DNA from: Spongospora subterranea f. sp. subterranea
Lineage: Eukaryota
Assembly (NCBI GenBank): GCA_049724395.1
Contig: JAUGWO010000009.1
Span: forward strand, 186,001 to 226,945
DNA: 40,945 nt
Direction: 5' to 3'
Position 1 is the first letter of the stretch. The number at the start of each line of letters is the position of its first letter. A model generated the notes under the pieces. It saw only the letters and a program-made list of their open reading frames with translations, ran no database searches and was not told where the DNA came from. Of this stretch, positions 34,960 to 40,945 are shown in pieces. A program made the translations under genes and the position numbers.

Positions 34960-35811
34960 CTCCCACCCGAGCGTACGGGCGTGAACATGAAACTTTTGCG
35001 GATCCTGTTAAAAATTACTGGACCAAGTGGCTTAGTCAGTATATCGGCCGTCATGTCGTCAGACTTGCAATATCGCAGCTGAACCGCGAAGCCATGACGC
35101 CTCTTGTGCTGCTGAGCATAACGCCACGTATTCAGCTTCAGTTGTTGACAGGGACACACACCGTCGCAATCTGCTTGTCCAACTTATCGGACCACCGTTC
35201 ATCATAAAAATAACTCCCGATGTCGACTTTCGATTCACCTCGCTGCCGGCATAATCGGCGTCGGCGAACCCAAGAAGATTACTGCTTGATATCTTACCGT
35301 CGTACTTGATCCCCATCGACGTAGTACCTGCGACATATCGTAAAACTCTCTTGAGTGCCACTACATCTTGCTCACTCGGATTGCTCGTGTGTCGTGAGAC
35401 TGCTCCCACCGCTTGTGCAATATCTGGTCTTGTTCCCAGCATCAGGTACATCAGGGATCCAACAGCAGCTGAATAAGGAAAACTTTACTTTGCCGATTGA
35501 GTCACTCAAACTTGTCGTTGTGATAATAGATGGAGTGTTCGCTGGCTTGCAATCTTGCATCTGATACCGGACAAGTATCTCCTTCGCATAGGACTCTTGA
35601 CTCATGACAATCGAGTTCTTGCCTCTAGGAATTCCTCGTCCTCGTCGTCATCCGCTAGCATCTCAACTGGTGTTGTGCGAGTCTCCTTCAATTTTGCATC
35701 CCTGAATAAACTTCACTTCTTAAATTGATCAACTCTTCTCATATAGTTCAGAAGACCCGCGTTGATGGCCGACCACGACCTCAAGCAAACGGAACTGCCA
35801 CCTTCTTCACA

Positions 35812-35825
35812 GGTTATGGGCCCAG
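35812..35825 (+). promoter_or_regulatory. Copia primer-binding site GGTTATGGGCCCAG (half tRNA-iMet type)
   Basis: Abuts the LTR end ..TTCACA and matches the PBS type known for Drosophila copia-like elements. Second copy at 37878-37891. Confidence 0.85.
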
Positions 35826-37868
35826 TTCAGAGGCGTGCGTTGGCCTTCACCGGGCAGAAGTTAAACGGAGAAAATTGGACTTCGTTTAAGTTCGCTTTCC
35901 AAGCTCATTTAAGGGGACAACAGCTCCATGACCTTCTGGCGAGTGACACGAGCGAAAGCAAGGTTGATGTTGATATGGCCTTTTCAATTTTAGTTCAAGC
36001 ATTAGAGCCCAATCAGTACGAGCATGTCTACAGAACATCAACCGCATGCGCAGCGTGGTCGGCTTTAGTGGACTTCTACGCGTCGAAGAATGCTCAAAAC
36101 GTCCTGCTATTGACACAAGAATTCCGACAGACGAAGATTTCGGAGAATGGATCACTATTTGCTCACCTTTCAAAAATGTCTGAACTGTCCAGACGCCTCG
36201 GCGAAGCAAGCGGAGCGAGCGTCAGCGACATCGACCTCATGACGACCGTGGGTTTTTCGATAATGCATGTTGAAAAATATAGGACAACGGTCGAGGTGAT
36301 AATGCAAGGATTAGTGTTAACAAAGGCAGAGTTGATGAACCGCCTGTTGACGGCAGAACAGAGATTGAGTCTCTGTTCCATCCCGGAACCTCAAACAGCT
36401 TTTGGTGCAGAAGAAAAGAAGCGCGAGAAACCGAAGAGGAGAGGAAAGTGTTATAACTGCGGGAAGGCAGGGCATTGGGAACGAGATTGTGGGTTACCCA
36501 AGAAGATCAAGAGAGCGAGTGTTGCTTCAGAAGTGATGTTCATGGCTAGTCACAAGGAGGACGACCAGGACAAGAGTGCCTGGCTGATAGACAGTGGTGC
36601 GTCGTCGCACATGATTCACAGACTAGATTCCCTGATGGACTACGAGATTCTGGTGCCAGTACGACCTGTCACGCTGGGCGATGGCAGACGACTAGAGGCG
36701 ACACATATGGGCTGCGTAAAGTTGGGAATAGGAAGCAGACTCACTCATGTCCTGTATGTACCTGGACTGAAACAAAACTTGTTCTCAGTTGCAGCGGCAA
36801 CCAAGCGTAAAGGGACGGACGTGCAGTTTAAGGGAGATACCGTCAGATCTCTGTCGATGGCAAGCTGGTCATCATCGGATACCGGAGTAACGGCGTATAC
36901 AGATTCAAAACACTTCATTCGGAGAAGGTGTACCAGGGGCAAACTGACGTACGGGATGCATTCGAATTGCACAAGAGGTGCGGTCACGTCAACATGGAAA
37001 CTCTTCGGAAGATGAGCGTGAAAGGCATAATCCCACAGTTTTCCACGAATAGCCAAGTTGTGCACAATTGCACAGTATGTGCGGGAAGAAAAATGGCGAG
37101 GTTGCCAATACCGACGTCCTCAACGACTAAGACGAAGGAGCTAGGCGATTTGGTGCATAGTGATCTGTGTGGACCAATGAGCAAGAAGTCACTACAGGGT
37201 AACTGGTACTTTGCCACTTACAGCGACGACTATACGAACTGGGTTCATATCGCTTTTCTGGCCAAGAAATCTGAACAGCTCGAAGAATTTCAATCGTTTC
37301 GTGCGCTTATGATTGAAGAAACAGTGGGGGGCGAACATCAAATGTCTTCGCAGCGACGGAGGTGGCGAGTACGCAAGCAACGAATGTCAAGGTTTTCTGA
37401 AGAGAAAGGGAATCTTGTGGCAACGTACCGCACCAAGGACTCCTCAACAAAATGGCAAGGCAGAGAGGATGAACAGAACGATCGTGGAGATGGCGCGATG
37501 CCTGTTGTTTGACTCTGGACTACCGACTTCATATTGGGAATACGCGGTCCGGTTGGCGGCCTACATCAGAAATAGGACAATGACAAAGGTCAATGTGGAC
37601 GAGAAGTCACCGTATGAACTCATTCACAAGAGGCTACCAAGTCTTGCAAGTGTGCCACTGTTCGGATCTCTGTGGGAGGTTCATGTTCCAGATTCACATC
37701 GAAGCAAGTTCGACAGCAAATCAAGAGAATGCAAGTTCCTTGGATTTGCGGATGGTGCTAAGGCGTATGTGTTTGAAGATTTGAGGACGTCGAGAAGGTT
37801 TATATCAAGGGACGCAAAATTGAAGGAGACTCGCACAACACCAGTTGAGATGCTAGCGGATGACGACC
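35816..37868 (+). pseudogene. Copia gag-protease-integrase polyprotein with frameshifts
   Basis: KLNGENW, zinc knuckle CYNCGKAGHWERDC, WLIDSGASSHM, HKRCGH..CTVC, LVHSDLCGP, RSDGGGEY and PQQNGKAERMNRT, spread over three frames. Confidence 0.92.
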
Positions 37869-38045
37869 TTCTTCACAGGTTATGGGCCCAGATTGCACTT
37901 GCCCCCCATTGTTGATCCATCAATTGGTGACTGTGAGACAGTGGCTGGAAAGTCCGGCCGGACAGCCCTCCCCGTCGCCAAACTCCGCCGAGCGACATCA
38001 TCACTGTCATGCCCGCAGCTCGACGACTCAACGGTAATTTCAACA

Positions 38046-38420
38046 ACGAAGTGATTCGAAAGTCGACCTCGGGAGTTATTCTATGGTGAACGGTGACCCG
38101 ATAAGCTGGGCAGGCAGATTGCAGCGGTTTGTGGCCCTGTCAACAACTGAAGCGGAATACGTGGCGTCATGATTTGGCGGCCTGCGTCGGGATAGGGATA
38201 GGGGGCTCGAACAGGATGCGCCAACGATTATACATGAGGATAATCAGGCGGCAATCGCATTCACAGGTACGTTCGAGACTAAGCGTAGGTCAAACAACTA
38301 CAAAGGAGCAGATGGCGAAAGAGCGATTCAGCAGAGATATTGCAAGTCTGAAGACATGACTCCCGACACAATGACAACTCCAATTGGTCCAGTAATTGTC
38401 GCCAGGCCCCACAACCAATT
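38046..38420 (+). mobile_element. Older Copia element, right part (RNase H)
   Basis: Resumes as (N)EVIRKSTSG, then PISW, LSTTEAEYVA, EDNQAAI and a degenerate MxAD..T.P.GP. Confidence 0.85.
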
Positions 38421-38679
38421 GATGTGGACGCGCGTACTCCCATGGATGGGATTGGTAGAATAACTCTCGTAAATCCAACTTCACCAGGTTTTTGATTCAA
38501 ATCTCGCTCCACAAAAGTTTTACCAAACGCTGCCTGCGTATATTATTTGGCAATCGCAACCACAATTAAATTACTCCCTCATTCCTAGTAAACATTGCCT
38601 GAACCAACCCAAATGTAAATATTGTCCAAGGCAATAGAGCCCAATTTAGCGGGTGCTATTGCCTTCGATGCTGCAAATA

Positions 38680-39540
38680 ATGATCCGATCAAAGCTGCTC
38701 CAGATAGTGTACTTGCATTTTTGTTTACTTTGCGCTTGGCCCGGACCTTCAGTTGACGACAAAAAACCCATGGAAATCGTCAGTTGTACGAGATTACTTC
38801 GCCTGTCAGACTATAACGAGAGGTTGCAGTTATTTTATGCCAAACTTGACTTTATTGTGAGGTCTCTAGAACTCCAAATTCGGTTTCTTTGATGGCACAT
38901 TCTGATCAGGATCTCAAAGGGCAACAGTTTGATACTAACGACGATACGGTCAGCCGTCTCTGCGAACTTCTACTTGGTTAATAAAGGGGAGAAATATGTC
39001 CTCCAATTTAATGAGGCCCAGAACGATGACTCATCAATTTTAAACCTTGACAACATGGCTGGCATCAAACAATCTGCAGCTAATACATATTTCATGTTTG
39101 CCAGCTGTTGGGAGGTATGTTTGCCAAAAAAGTGCTGATAAAGCCTTGAAAATCATGATTTAATAATGGATCAAATGCTAAACCGTTGCAAGATGTTCGT
39201 CCAGATATACTGGCTAAATTCAAATTTTGTGTTTATGCGGATGATTCGCAGCAAATGCTATTCCTGAAACCATCAGCTTTAAACCACGATTTGAACATGA
39301 AAAATGTTTCTGGACGAACACATGTTCATTCTAAAATCATGCACTGACTGTTTCGACTTGTGAACGGCCTCGTGATGACCAAGTTGAAACTTTAAAGGAT
39401 TGTGATGATAAGACATATTCAAGTGATAATGATGATCTTTTATGCTTATACGGTAAGGGATGAGAAAGAGGAATGGGGTGGACAATTGATACGAAATAAG
39501 GAAGATGAAGAATTAGAACTAGAACTACTGTCAGACAATA
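38680..39540 (+). pseudogene. Possible decayed secreted-protein gene convergent with the oxygenase
   Basis: Signal-like MIRSKLLQIVYLHFCLLCAWPG. ORFs 38653 and 38929 are in the same frame, separated by one stop. A partial homolog lies at 4539-4772. Confidence 0.3.
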
Positions 39541-40872
39541 GACAATGGTGAACACCTTTCACCACTTATCACCGTTATCACAATAAAACGGGTGAACGGA
39601 TACTTTGATCGTCAATCTCTGGATTTCATCCTACAATCTGGCGCCACATTTTAAAAATATCGTGATGTCGTCTGTTAAAGTACAGACGAAATGACCGAAA
39701 ATGGGAAAACTCATTTGGCATTCTGTTTATTACCAACGAAACTTGCCAACAAATTTGCGAAGATAAGAAAGTATCCCCGGTTTGTGTTTGACATGGGCCT
39801 GAACATTCGACGGTGATGGCGGAAGGGCTGTTGGATATCACAAAGTCGGCGATATCCCATTTCGTACAATCTCTGATCTGCATCGACGTTAGGGACATAG
39901 GACTGCATTTGCTTGAAGAGGCGGTTGGTATAGCACAGAGTATCGTGTTTAGGCGATGATTTCGGGGGAGAACAATCCTCTTTTGGGTGCACAATCAACA
40001 GTCGCATAGCAATGGATGATCGCTTGCCTTCCCCATCACCTATTTTGACGGCCGCATGGGCGACTTTTCTTGAATCCCAGACATAAAGTTCATCGGTCTG
40101 CATGTTCCATCGTGTGTACCAGTCGTTTGATGTAGATTCGGACTTCAACAGATATTGTTGTCGACCATCCATGTCAGGCGAGGGAGTCATTGTGCGAGTC
40201 TCATCGCATTGGTGGGCCGGTGTGAATGCCAATGGCCATGCTTGAACAGGTTCAGTTGGTATCCAGATATTCATCGTATAATCGAGGGTCAACATTTCCA
40301 TTGCGTATTGTTCAACGTTGCCATTGTAGTGTGCCAGTGCAGCGGCTTTGACATGGTCATTCTTTGCCAAAGACTCCATGATGTCATAAGCCCAATGCTT
40401 GTAACGCTGCAACAGGGTGCCAATATCGGCATCCCGAAGCAAATCGATATGCGCAGATTCGAAATAATCAGTTTTTGAAGAAGCCCCTGAGATACCAAAT
40501 GGAATGACCATCAAATTGGAATGTTCCTTGAGTATGTCCTCGTAAAATGCTTCTAGGATTATCTTAGCAAACTCGTTTCTGACTTGAGCGACCGGCAGCA
40601 ATTTCAACGAGTTAATATTTGTTTTCAGCGGATCCTCCATTCGATGAGCATTAAATTTGTTCACCGTTTCCAAAGTTTCAATCCACTTCATAGGTGACGC
40701 ATTCTTTGTTGGCTCCTCCATTGGAATCACTGTAATATTCTGCTTAACATACGCCCTAATTATCGTCCCCAGGTAATTTAACAATTCCAGTAGTGACCTT
40801 CTTTTCCTGGCAATTGGCCACAAGCCATATCGACTGAAACACAGCGAACAGGACAATATACGCCATTCCTCC
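39051..40872. repeat. Segmental duplication copy B (direct repeat of 4535-6502)
   Basis: Colinear similarity to copy A; lacks the 4750-4962 insertion. Confidence 0.95.
39711..40866 (-). pseudogene. Second CmcJ/NvfI/AsaB-like oxygenase copy, disrupted after the signal peptide
   Basis: The frame from ATG 40866 (MAYIVLFAVFQSIWLVANC) hits TAG at codon 37 (40756-40758), beside a small insertion relative to copy A. The catalytic motifs are intact in the shifted frame. Confidence 0.7.
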
Positions 40873-40945
40873 GTGAGAGTGGCGTAGCTGAAGAAATACG
40901 ACCAACGGCTCGCCCCGTCACCACCCGGAGTCCACGGACCTTACA

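Larger units (their letters stand above)
34708..38045 (-). mobile_element. Younger Ty1/Copia element with 5-bp TSD and internal inversion
   Basis: TG..CA termini and ACGAA TSD (34703-34707, 38046-38050). RT-end/RNase H fragments on - (TRPDIA, GFADADYAG, STTEAEY, ADILTKPL); gag-PR-IN on +. Confidence 0.9.

Overview
Eukaryotic genomic DNA with compact genes and short (~50-60 nt) introns. A DRC12/CCDC153-like flagellar gene implies a flagellated organism; a plasmodiophorid-type protist is my inference, not shown. Host genes: a partial WD40 gene, DRC12-like, a P5-type ATPase with an N-terminal signal peptide and Cys-rich domain, a NUDT14-like Nudix hydrolase, two identical head-to-head tRNA-Gly(GCC) genes, four secreted low-complexity proteins, and a duplicated, apparently secreted CmcJ/NvfI/AsaB-like Fe(II)/2OG oxygenase (one copy disrupted). 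These alternate with decayed transposons: hAT-like remnants, a piggyBac-like transposase that appears to carry an internal YqaJ nuclease, a PIF/Harbinger element, two MITEs, and a Copia element nested in an older Copia. Three unrelated TEs each carry a foldback duplication or internal inversion. All calls come from reading motifs by eye; no searches were run.
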